A DNA stretch of 24,000 nucleotides, taken from positions 3,001 to 27,000 of the forward strand of contig JAVQSZ010000008.1 of NCBI GenBank assembly GCA_033581555.1. The letters run 5' to 3'. Below the pieces are notes generated by a model, which was given only the letters and a program-made list of their open reading frames with translations, did no database searches and was not told where the DNA came from. The position numbers were made by a program, and so were the translations under genes. Below, one piece after another: positions 7,872-15,842 of the stretch (positions are counted from its first letter, which is position 1; every line of letters begins with the position of its first letter). This DNA comes from Nitrososphaerota archaeon. GTDB taxonomy: Archaea > Thermoproteota > Nitrososphaeria_A > Caldarchaeales > Calditenuaceae.

Positions 7872-9415
7872 GACACCTCACCCAATATGAAACTCTCGAA
7901 TAGATGATCTAACACCGACGCATCCTCCTTCGCGCAAGCGGCGGTGAATGCCGCAGCCATCGCGTTGGAGCTAGCGAGTATGAGAGGGTACTTCGCGAGC
8001 ATCGACGTCTGAGCCCACTGAGGATCCTCGCTGGTGCCGACGATCCTGATCGCAACCCTCTTACTCGCGTTGGCCTCCAACGCAGGCCCTATCTCCCCTA
8101 AGGTCCTAGAGGTTACGTCTTTCGGAGCTCCGTACCCGATGATTAAGTCAAGCGCGATCGATCCGGTCTCAGGCGACATCAGCTCCTGAGCTATCCGCCT
8201 GTTCCTCAGCGAGGGATCTATTATGGGATGAACCCTGCCAACGGTGAACTCCTCCGACCCGTAATCGACCACAGTTGCCCCCTTCGAGCGCAACGGGTCG
8301 TCGAGCTTTCTGGTCCAAGGCAGTCCTAGATTCGAGTGTACCTCGATTCCCGCCTCGTTCCACAGGAAGGCCGTCTCAGTCGCGAGCGTCCCGCCGCAAA
8401 AGAACCCACGAGGATATCTACCTCCGTCGACCTTCAGTTTGAGCGAGTCCACTTCCTTCTCAAGGGCTGAGAGGGCTCTGATGTAGATTTGAGGCGAAAT
8501 AAGAGAACAGGCTTTCAGCGCTGCTGCGTGTAAGGTTGAGAGCTGTGGATGATCGCTGATCTTCTCTTTATGTCCGAGCAGACATAGCAATAAGGGCTTG
8601 TTGATCCTTATATCTTCTAGAATTCGTCTCACAAGTTCCGCGTCTGACTGCTTAGCTAACAGCGCGACGACCTTCGTGTTCTTGTCCCTGTCCAGGAGCA
8701 TCAACGATTCACGCGTCATCAATCCGCCTACGTCTCTGGTCATGTCGCGTCCTCCCACACCGATCGCGTGGGAGATGCCCACGCCTAAGTCGTGCAGTAT
8801 GACCGACAGCTCCTGAATGCCCGAACCGGACGATGCGACGACTCCCACTGGCCCCCTGATGACCCTGTTTGCGAACCCGAAACCCACGCCCTCGATTATT
8901 GACGTCCCGGCTTCCGGCCCCATCACGAGGAGGTTCCTCGCGGCGGCCTCGCGCTTCATGGCCACCTCTACTTCTATCGGGACGTGGTCGCTGAAGACGA
9001 AGAGGTTGACTCCCTTCTCGAGGAGCTTGAACGCGACGTCCTTCACGTGATGTCCGGGGATCGATATCGACGCCATCCTTATGTCCGGGTTCTCGCGCAG
9101 GGCGTCTTCTACGCTCAGGTATCTGGCGGTTCGGGGCTTCACCTGGAACAGGACCTCTCTGGCGCTCTTCAGAACGTCCTCTGTTAGCCCGACTCCCTTG
9201 AGCGCAATCAGTATGTCGTTTGGCCCTGCACGGTCGCCCTCCGGCGTTAAGATCCCCTGCGACCTCAGGAGGTCCTTGTTGGCTTTGGTGGCCATGACGA
9301 CAGCGACCTCGATCACCCCTGGCAGCCTCTTGATCGCCTCTGAGGCCTCCATCAGCTGCACCGAATCCCGGTAGAGGCCCCGCACCACCAAGTTGATTAC
9401 ATCGACTGAACCCAC
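7868..9415 (-). CDS. fdrA: FdrA/AllF-like acyl-CoA synthetase-fold protein (oxamate carbamoyltransferase component); ORF track start 9439, likely true start GTG at 9415
   Basis: GPVGVVASSGSGIQELSVILHDLGVGISHAIGVGGRDMTRDVGG, HPIIDPSLRNRRIAQELMSPETGSIALDLIIGYGAPKDV; FdrA hallmark motifs. A TATA-like element at 9440-9450 lies directly against the 9439 start, which favours the GTG at 9415. Confidence 0.85.
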   Translation of the reverse strand: MGSVDVINLVVRGLYRDSVQLMEASEAIKRLPGVIEVAVVMATKANKDLLRSQGILTPEGDRAGPNDILIALKGVGLTEDVLKSAREVLFQVKPRTARYLSVEDALRENPDIRMASISIPGHHVKDVAFKLLEKGVNLFVFSDHVPIEVEVAMKREAAARNLLVMGPEAGTSIIEGVGFGFANRVIRGPVGVVASSGSGIQELSVILHDLGVGISHAIGVGGRDMTRDVGGLMTRESLMLLDRDKNTKVVALLAKQSDAELVRRILEDIRINKPLLLCLLGHKEKISDHPQLSTLHAAALKACSLISPQIYIRALSALEKEVDSLKLKVDGGRYPRGFFCGGTLATETAFLWNEAGIEVHSNLGLPWTRKLDDPLRSKGATVVDYGSEEFTVGRVHPIIDPSLRNRRIAQELMSPETGSIALDLIIGYGAPKDVTSRTLGEIGPALEANASKRVAIRIVGTSEDPQWAQTSMLAKYPLILASSNAMAAAFTAACAKEDASVLDHLFESFILGEVS

Positions 9416-9439
9416 GTCAGTCGCGCTCTGGAGGTGCAA

Positions 9440-9450
9440 TATTTATATTA
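9440..9450. promoter_or_regulatory. Candidate shared (bidirectional) TATA element between fdrA and the cyclase-family gene
   Basis: Near-palindromic aatatttatatta; about 27-30 nt from the GTG at 9415 (minus) and about 30 nt from the ATG at 9478 (plus). Confidence 0.5.
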
Positions 9451-9477
9451 GTGTCCCGAGGCGTGATGATCGCGACC

Positions 9478-10275
9478 ATGTCTGCCGTCGTAGATTTATC
9501 AAAGGTGAAAATATATGACTTGTCCCAGCCGACCAGCGCCAGAGCTCCGCCGTTCATGTATTACCCTCCGTTCAAATGGACGTGGATCAAGAGGCTTGGC
9601 GAGCATGGCGTCAACGCGATGTACATCGAGGGGCCGCTTCACACGGGCACACACTTCGACGGCCAGCTGCACTTCATGACCGGAGGGAAGGACATAGCCA
9701 GCATCGACGTCAGCTACTTCATCGGTGAGGGGGTCATAATCGACATCAGCAAGCACGTCGGCGACTACGACATCTATACTAGCGACGTGATCGAAGAAGC
9801 GGCGAGGGAGGCGGGCCTTCAGATAAAGCCCGACGACATACTCCTCATCTACACGGGTTACAGCCGCTACGCATGGTGCGGCCCGGAGCCCGACGAGGTG
9901 CGGTACATGTGCAAGCACCCGGGTCCGGACATCAGGTTCGCGAGGTGGTGCATAGAGAAGAGGATCAGGTGGCTCGGCGTCGACGCGATGTCACAGGACC
10001 ATCCGCTGAACACCGTTGTCAGGAGGGCGAGGCCCGACCTGGTGGCTGAGGCTGAGAGGAAGTGGGGCAAGAAGATCGACGAGGTGTTGCCCTGGCCCGA
10101 GAACTACCAGGTGATGCACGTCATGCTCTTCCCGAGGATGATTCTTCACGTCGAGAACCTGGGCGGGGAGATCGAGAAGGTCGCCAACAGGAGGTGCCTG
10201 ATCATAGCGCTGCCGTTCAAGTTCGAGGGGGGAGAGAGCGCGTACTGCCGAGTGGTGGCCCTCACCGCTGAATGA
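9478..10275 (+). CDS. Cyclase-family (kynurenine formamidase / isatin hydrolase-like) metal-dependent hydrolase; ORF track start 9451
   Basis: YDLSQPTSARAPPFMYYPP, HTGTHFDGQLHF metal-site motif, WLGVDAMSQDHPLN, and C-terminal EGGESAYCRVVALTAE typical of the cyclase family. Confidence 0.85.
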   Translation: MSAVVDLSKVKIYDLSQPTSARAPPFMYYPPFKWTWIKRLGEHGVNAMYIEGPLHTGTHFDGQLHFMTGGKDIASIDVSYFIGEGVIIDISKHVGDYDIYTSDVIEEAAREAGLQIKPDDILLIYTGYSRYAWCGPEPDEVRYMCKHPGPDIRFARWCIEKRIRWLGVDAMSQDHPLNTVVRRARPDLVAEAERKWGKKIDEVLPWPENYQVMHVMLFPRMILHVENLGGEIEKVANRRCLIIALPFKFEGGESAYCRVVALTAE

Positions 10276-10281
10276 GCGGGC

Positions 10282-11544
10282 ATGGAGGCGCTCAAAGAGG
10301 AGATCGAGAAGGCGAACAACAAGTGCCTCGACCTGATGATGGAGGCGAGGCCCCTTCTCGTGGACGTCGTAGAGGCGCGGAAGGTCATACCATTCCTCGC
10401 GAAGGAAAACTGCCTCACGCACGCGGGACCGCCGATCGACTGGGAGAGGGCCAGTGGTCCCCTGAGGGGTGCGATAATCGGGGCCGCGATCTACGAAGGA
10501 TGGGCCGAGAACGAGGAGGAGGCGACCAGGCTCGCGGAGAGGGGTGAGATAGTCCTCGAGCCCAACCACCACCACTCGGCGGTCGGTCCGATGGCTGGCG
10601 TCATATCCCCGTCGATGAAGGTCTTCGTGGTCAGGGATAGCGACCTGAGGACTTACAGTAACCTCAACGAGGGACTTGGGAAGGTCCTGAGATACGGCGC
10701 CTACTCCCCCGACGTGTTAGAACGCCTCCGGTTCCTGAACGAGGTCGTCGGCTCGGTTCTCTCGGAAGCGGTGAAGGAGCACGTCCGCGATAAGGGGGGT
10801 ATAGACTTGAAGAACATAATGGCTCAGGCGGTCCACATGGGCGACGAGTGTCACAACCGGAACGTCGCGTCAACGTCTCTGTTCTACAGAGAGATTTCGC
10901 CCTATGTTATCGACGTGACTGATAGAGAGACGGCCAAAACGGTGCTCAGGACGATAGACTCCAACATCTTGTTCTTCCTGAACATGGCGATGGCGGCCTG
11001 TAAGCTGATGGCTGATAGGGCCCACGGCGTCAGGCACAGCACGATCGTGACCGCGATTGCGAGGAACGGCACGGACATCGGCATCAGGGTGAGTGGGCTC
11101 GGGGACCGGTGGTTCACGGCTCCGGCGACTGTACCGAAGGGGCTGTACTTCCCCGGATTCGGGGAGTCTGACGCTAACCCCGACATAGGCGACAGCACGA
11201 TAACCGAGACCGTCGGACTCGGTGCGGCTGCTCTCGCAGCTAGCCCGGCGATCGTGAAGTTCATCGGCGGGGACGCGAAGACAGCGATCGAGATCACCGA
11301 CAGGATGGCGAAGATCTGTCACGGCAGGCACCGTTACTTCACGATCCCCTACCTCGAGTTCGAGGGTACCCCCACTGGCATAGACATCAGGAGGGTGCTG
11401 CGACTCGGTCTTCCGCCCGTTGCCGACACGGGCATAGCGCACAGGGAGGCAGGGGTGGGGCAGATAGGCGCAGGGATCGTCGAGCTGCCGATCGAGCCCT
11501 TCAAACAGGCCTTGAGGAAGTACGCCGAGGTCTACGGGGTTTGA
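10282..11544 (+). CDS. allG: DUF1116 family protein (AllG/YlbE-like oxamate carbamoyltransferase component)
   Basis: NCLTHAGPPIDWERASGPLRGAIIGAAIYEGWAENEEEA, EPNHHHSAVGPMAGVISPSM, NLNEGLGKVLRYGAYSPDVLERL, FTAPATVPKGLYFPGFGESDANPDIGDSTITETVGLG; 6 nt downstream of the cyclase gene. Confidence 0.85.
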   Translation: MEALKEEIEKANNKCLDLMMEARPLLVDVVEARKVIPFLAKENCLTHAGPPIDWERASGPLRGAIIGAAIYEGWAENEEEATRLAERGEIVLEPNHHHSAVGPMAGVISPSMKVFVVRDSDLRTYSNLNEGLGKVLRYGAYSPDVLERLRFLNEVVGSVLSEAVKEHVRDKGGIDLKNIMAQAVHMGDECHNRNVASTSLFYREISPYVIDVTDRETAKTVLRTIDSNILFFLNMAMAACKLMADRAHGVRHSTIVTAIARNGTDIGIRVSGLGDRWFTAPATVPKGLYFPGFGESDANPDIGDSTITETVGLGAAALAASPAIVKFIGGDAKTAIEITDRMAKICHGRHRYFTIPYLEFEGTPTGIDIRRVLRLGLPPVADTGIAHREAGVGQIGAGIVELPIEPFKQALRKYAEVYGV

Positions 11545-11631
11545 ACGCAGCAACTCCGTGCGGCGACCCGCGACCGCCCTTCGGACTCTTCGCCAATCGC
11601 TCGGCGCCTCGCGACGTGATAGATCGCTCGA

Positions 11632-11719
11632 TGGACCGGGCGGGATTCGAACCCGCGACCTCCCGCAATTTGGAATGCCGTCTCGCCAAGCGGGCGATCT
11701 ACCACTGATCTACCGGCCC
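11632..11719 (-). tRNA. tRNA-Ala (anticodon GGC) with a 16-nt intron at 37/38 (intron 11668..11683)
   Basis: Minus strand: GGGCCGG-TA-GATCAGTGGTAGATC-G-CCCGCTTGGCG-[AGACGGCATTCCAAAT]-TGCGGG-AGGTC-GCGGGTTCGAATCCCGC-CCGGTCC-A. 7-bp acceptor with G3:U70, A73, 4-bp D stem, 5-bp anticodon and T stems. BHB: central helix TTGG/CCAA, 3-nt bulges CGA and ATT. Spliced length 72 nt. Confidence 0.9.
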
Positions 11720-11742
11720 GCCATCATTTAACATCAGAGCAG

Positions 11743-11751
11743 AATTTTAGC
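11743..11751 (-). promoter_or_regulatory. Weak TATA-like element upstream of tRNA-Ala
   Basis: Minus strand GCTAAAATTC, about 24-32 nt upstream of tRNA position 1. Confidence 0.3.
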
Positions 11752-11793
11752 CTCGCTCTCCGATAGCCTATAAACTCGGTCTATTGGGTGGGC

Positions 11794-12603
11794 TCAGACC
11801 CGAGAGAGAAGCCTGAGGAGTTCTCCTGCTCGCCTCTCACATTCCGAGAGGTCCTCGTTGAGGGCCCACACCCAGTAGAGCTGGAAGACGCCCAAGGTGA
11901 TCAGCGTCAGGAGGGCGTAGAGCAACGTGCTCCTCTTCCCGATCCTTCTCCTCTTGACTGAGTCGCTGACGGGCACTAACCTCGAGACCGACTCGAAGCT
12001 GAAGCTCACTGACCGGTCGAGGACGCCGAGGAGCCCGTTCAGCGAGTGAAGGGCGTAGAGCAGCAAGACCACGTGGAGGAGGGCGATGACCAAACCGACC
12101 GTTCCCAGCGCCATGATCAGCGAGAGCTCCTCGACGGCCGCGAGGGGGTCCGCCGCGACCTCCAGAGCGAGCGAGGAGACGACCGTCGATAGCGGTGCAG
12201 ACGCGACGAGGAGCGCCCCAGCGACGACCAGAAGGGGCCACGGGTTCTGGAGGACGGAAGGGTTAGCCAGCTCGTCCGAGACCCTTTCGAGGCTTCCGGC
12301 GACCAGCGCCCGAGTCGCATCTCCCGACGACTTGAGCTCGACCGACTTCCCGCGCAGCGCGTCGACCAACTGAGCCGCCGTGGACCTCGCCTCGGACCTC
12401 ATTACGCCGAGGAAGTAGACCGTCATCAGGCCCCAGAGGAGACCGATAGAGGTCGAGGCGACCGACAACCCGAATACGGTGGGAGGGGGGTCCTCACCTG
12501 TGAGGCCGGCCGAGAGCTGAACCAGAACCCATGGAACTGAGATCGTGCCCCCCACGAACCAGACCAGCACCCAGACGACCATCAACGGCCTTGGGACCGC
12601 CAT
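11794..12603 (-). CDS. Hypothetical multi-TM membrane protein with C-terminal DUF4234-like segment
   Basis: 269 aa, hydrophobic segments; STLLYALLTLITLGVFQLYWVWALNEDLSE resembles DUF4234-type membrane segments; overlaps the sppA 3' end by 22 nt. Confidence 0.6.
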   Translation of the reverse strand: MAVPRPLMVVWVLVWFVGGTISVPWVLVQLSAGLTGEDPPPTVFGLSVASTSIGLLWGLMTVYFLGVMRSEARSTAAQLVDALRGKSVELKSSGDATRALVAGSLERVSDELANPSVLQNPWPLLVVAGALLVASAPLSTVVSSLALEVAADPLAAVEELSLIMALGTVGLVIALLHVVLLLYALHSLNGLLGVLDRSVSFSFESVSRLVPVSDSVKRRRIGKRSTLLYALLTLITLGVFQLYWVWALNEDLSECERRAGELLRLLSRV

Positions 12604-13577
12604 ATCCGTATCTCCTCCGAGAACAGGAAGTGCGCCACGTGTGAGGGCTCGATGTACAGGACCTTCATGCCACCCGGAGAGAGCGGCTCCCCTCCAGCCG
12701 GGATCGGTATCGGGAGACGAAACGCGGTACCGGTGGCCACCCTCAGCTCCCTCACCGGGGCGTCCCTGGGAAGCCCCGCGAGTTCCCTCGCCCTCGAGAC
12801 GGCGTCCTCGTAGGTCCCGACCTCGTCGATGAGCCCGGCGTTCAGGGCCTCCAGTCCCAAGAAGACCTTCGCGCTGAAGACGTCCCGCTCGTAGGCCGGG
12901 TTGAGTTTGTCTCTGGTCTTCCTCACCACTTCCGCGAACTGCCTGAAGGCCGCGTCCACGAGCTCCCGCAGGAACCTGACATCGGTCTCGGTGATCTCCC
13001 GGAGGCTGTTCCCGACGTCTTTGTACTCGCCGCTCTTGACGGTGACGACGTCTATCCCCAAGGTGTCCAGAAGCCCCTTGAAGCTCACCAGCGTTCCGAC
13101 CGCTCCGACCGAGCCGACCATAGATGCGGGGTTGACGACGATGTGGTCCGCGGCCAACGAGATGTAGTAACCGCCCGAGGCCGCGAGCCCGCCGACGTAA
13201 ACGACGACCGGTGTTCTGGTCTCGCGCCTGAAGTTCAGTATCCTGACGTAGATCTCATGGGTGGCGGCCACATCTCCTCCGGGGCTCTCCACCGTGAAGA
13301 CCAGCGCCCTGCAACCCTCTGACCTGGCCCTCTCGAGGACCTTCCTGACGAGCTCCGGTGTGATGGAGTCGGACCCCGTGAGCAGCGACGGCTCCGCCAC
13401 GGTCACTATCGGGCCCTTCAGCGCGTAGGTGCAGACCGATTGGGGCTGGAAGAGGGCGACGGACGTCCTCGGGAACTGCGTGAGGCCGAAGATCAGGCCG
13501 AAGAGGGCGCTCACCAGCAATATAATCGCGAGCGGCAGAAGATGCCTCCTCAGACCCGAACCGAGCTTCATCGTCAT
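12582..13577 (-). CDS. sppA: Signal peptide peptidase SppA-type serine protease (S49)
   Basis: N-terminal TM; VESPGGDVAATHEIY, VGGLAASGGYYISLAADHIVVNPASMVGSVGAV (catalytic Ser region), VKSGEYKDVGNSLREIT (catalytic Lys region). Confidence 0.88.
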   Translation of the reverse strand: MTMKLGSGLRRHLLPLAIILLVSALFGLIFGLTQFPRTSVALFQPQSVCTYALKGPIVTVAEPSLLTGSDSITPELVRKVLERARSEGCRALVFTVESPGGDVAATHEIYVRILNFRRETRTPVVVYVGGLAASGGYYISLAADHIVVNPASMVGSVGAVGTLVSFKGLLDTLGIDVVTVKSGEYKDVGNSLREITETDVRFLRELVDAAFRQFAEVVRKTRDKLNPAYERDVFSAKVFLGLEALNAGLIDEVGTYEDAVSRARELAGLPRDAPVRELRVATGTAFRLPIPIPAGGEPLSPGGMKVLYIEPSHVAHFLFSEEIRIWRSQGR

Positions 13578-13650
13578 CCGGATCCTCCCGGATCTATTAA
13601 CAGTTGAGCCGTTCTCTGGGCCACGAGCCGACGTCTCAGCCCCCGAGCGA

Positions 13651-13660
13651 TTTACTTATC
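13651..13660 (+). promoter_or_regulatory. Candidate TATA box for tpiA (leaderless)
   Basis: tttacttatc, centred about 27 nt upstream of the GTG at 13683. Confidence 0.4.
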
Positions 13661-13682
13661 CGGCCGGAATCCAGCGACGGTC

Positions 13683-14393
13683 GTGAAGGGGTGGTCCTTT
13701 CCCGTCGTGGTCCTGAACTTCAAGGCGTACAGGGAGGCGGTGGGAAGCGGTGCGGAGAGGCTCGGGTACGTCGCGGAGACCGTCTCGAGGGAGCTCGGGG
13801 TCACCATCGCGGTCGCGGTCCAGCCGACCGACGTCTACAGGCTCTCCGGCAGGCTCGAGATACCCGTCCTGGGGCAGCACGTCGATCCCCACGAGGAGGG
13901 GAGCTGGACGGGGCACGTGACCGCGTTCGCGCTGAGGGAGGCGGGAGCAGCGGGGAGCCTCCTGAACCACTCCGAGAGGAGGATAGGGCTCTCCGAGGTC
14001 GCGGCCGCGGTCGAGCTCCTGAGGAAGGAGGGGCTGAAGTCGATCGTCTGCGCCGACACGCCGCTGACCAGCAGGGCCGCGGGCGCTCTGAGGCCGGACA
14101 TGGTCGCGGTCGAGCCTCCGGAGCTGATAGGGACAGGGATATCGGTCTCGAGGACCAGGCCGGAGGTCGTCACCGACGCGGTGAGGATGCTGGCCTCTGT
14201 CGAGCCGAAGGTCCCGCTCCTCTGCGGCGCGGGCATCTCTACCCCTGAGGACGTCTACAGGGCGATCGAGTTGGGAACGGTGGGCGTGCTGGTCTCGTCG
14301 GCGTTCGTGAAGTCCAAGGACCCCCAGCAGACCCTCACGGGCTTCTGCGAGGCGGCGCTGAAGGCATTCGAGCGGAGGGTCAATAGACTTTGA
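13683..14393 (+). CDS. tpiA: Triosephosphate isomerase (archaeal type)
   Basis: 236 aa; NFKAY, GQHVDPHEEGSWTGHVTAFALREAG, SLLNHSERR, AVEPPELIGTG, LLCGAGISTPEDVYRAIELGTVGVLVSSAFVKSKDP. Confidence 0.95.
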   Translation: MKGWSFPVVVLNFKAYREAVGSGAERLGYVAETVSRELGVTIAVAVQPTDVYRLSGRLEIPVLGQHVDPHEEGSWTGHVTAFALREAGAAGSLLNHSERRIGLSEVAAAVELLRKEGLKSIVCADTPLTSRAAGALRPDMVAVEPPELIGTGISVSRTRPEVVTDAVRMLASVEPKVPLLCGAGISTPEDVYRAIELGTVGVLVSSAFVKSKDPQQTLTGFCEAALKAFERRVNRL

Positions 14394-15024
14394 TCGCGAC
14401 CAGCTGAACAGGGACGTAGGAGTCGCTCGGGACCACCGCTGCTACCCTCTCCTCCACCTCGACCTCCACCTCCTGAATCGCGCCCGGGACGAGCGACTGC
14501 CCGAAGTATCCGAAGTCCTCCCTGTAGGGAGCGAGCCTGACGGGAGAACCGTCGGAGAGGTACGCGAGGACGACCGGAGAGGAGGCGAAGGCGCGTGCCG
14601 CTTCGGGGACCGCGACGAGGGCCTCGATCTTCGTCCCGTTCTCGCCCACGGTCAGTCTCACCTCCTCGAGCCTGACCCTCTTGATCTCGAAGGTCATCTC
14701 GACGGTCAGGTCCCTCTCGACGCGGACCTCCAGCACCACGACCGCGAACCTCGAGTCCGGAAGCTTCACGTATGAGCTGTAACGCCCGGGGGCCGCGCTG
14801 AACCTGAACGTCCCGTCTCCGCCGGTCATCCCCTTCTCTAGCCCCAGGGCCACGAGCGCGCCCTCAACGGGCCTCGGTCGGCCGTCCTCCGACATCAGGA
14901 CCCTGAAGGTCACCTCACGGGCCAGCGAGAGGCCAAAGCCCTCGCTGACGCTCCCCGACGAGCTGAAGGCGGTCAGGAGGAGGATCAGCGCCGCGCCGAT
15001 CGCGGCCACCCCGGCCCACCTCAT
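14380..15024 (-). CDS. Hypothetical secreted/membrane-anchored protein with Ig-like/carboxypeptidase-regulatory-like domain
   Basis: 214 aa; hydrophobic N-terminus followed by RPVEGALVALGLEKGMTGGDGTFRFSAAPGRYSSYVKLP repeat-like beta fold. Confidence 0.55.
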   Translation of the reverse strand: MRWAGVAAIGAALILLLTAFSSSGSVSEGFGLSLAREVTFRVLMSEDGRPRPVEGALVALGLEKGMTGGDGTFRFSAAPGRYSSYVKLPDSRFAVVVLEVRVERDLTVEMTFEIKRVRLEEVRLTVGENGTKIEALVAVPEAARAFASSPVVLAYLSDGSPVRLAPYREDFGYFGQSLVPGAIQEVEVEVEERVAAVVPSDSYVPVQLVAIKVY

Positions 15025-15131
15025 ACCCCAGTCGGACTCGGGGCTCAGCCATTAACGTGACTCAACGGTCACCCCCGGACGGTCTAGCCTCCATGGAAAC
15101 TCAAATCTCTGGGCGGTGGGGTGGGTCCGTG

Positions 15132-15842
15132 ATGACCAAGGCCGTCATCCTAGCGGGAGGGTTCGGGAAGAGGTTGAGGCCGCTGACGGACACGCTCCCC
15201 AAGCCTCTGCTAAGGGTCGCGGAGAGGCCGATCATCGAGTGGCAGATCAGGTGGCTGGCCTCCTATGGCATCAAGGGCGTCGTCGTGTGTGCTGGCTACC
15301 TGAAGGAGAAGATGGTGGAGGAGCTGGGAAGCGGCTCGAGGCTCGGGGTGAGGCTGGGTTTCGTCTTCGAGGACGAGCCACTGGGGACCGCGGGAGCCCT
15401 CAAGAACGCCGAGCACTTCCTCGCCGGAGAGAGGTCCTTCCTGGTCTTGAACGGCGACGTCCTGACCGACCTCGACCCGACCTACGTCCTCTCGGCAGCC
15501 GAGCGCTATCTCGCCTCGATGGCGGTCGTGCAGCTGCCCTCCCCGTACGGGATCGTCGACCTCGACGAATCCACCGGGCAGGTGAGAGGCTTCAGGGAGA
15601 AGCCGATGCTCGGAGAGTACTGGATCAACGCGGGCGTCTACGCGATCAGGGGGGAGCTGCTGGCGGAGCTTCCGGAGAGCGGCGACCTCGAGAGGGAGGT
15701 CTTCCCGAGGCTGGCGGCGAGGGGGCAGCTGGTCGCAGTCAGGTACGAGCACTGCTACTGGAAGTCCATCGACTCCCACAAGGACCTCGAGGAGGCCTCG
15801 GTTCACTTCAGGGAGCTCGAAAGGTCCAAGGCCATCACGTAG
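15132..15842 (+). CDS. Sugar-phosphate nucleotidyltransferase (NDP-sugar pyrophosphorylase family); ORF track start 15057
   Basis: MTKAVILAGGFGKRLRPLTDTLPKPLLRVAERPIIEWQIRWL, EDEPLGTAGALKNAEHFL, FLVLNGDVLTDLD, YWINAGVYAIRGELL; the family normally starts just before the KAVILAGG motif. Confidence 0.88.
   Translation: MTKAVILAGGFGKRLRPLTDTLPKPLLRVAERPIIEWQIRWLASYGIKGVVVCAGYLKEKMVEELGSGSRLGVRLGFVFEDEPLGTAGALKNAEHFLAGERSFLVLNGDVLTDLDPTYVLSAAERYLASMAVVQLPSPYGIVDLDESTGQVRGFREKPMLGEYWINAGVYAIRGELLAELPESGDLEREVFPRLAARGQLVAVRYEHCYWKSIDSHKDLEEASVHFRELERSKAIT

Noticed and set aside
10870-11553. 227-aa minus-strand ORF opposite the DUF1116 gene
   Set aside because: Antisense frame of a gene with strong family motifs.
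15803-15842. 40-nt convergent overlap of nucleotidyltransferase and RimI-like genes
   Set aside because: Short tail-to-tail overlaps are common in compact archaeal genomes; both ends look genuine.
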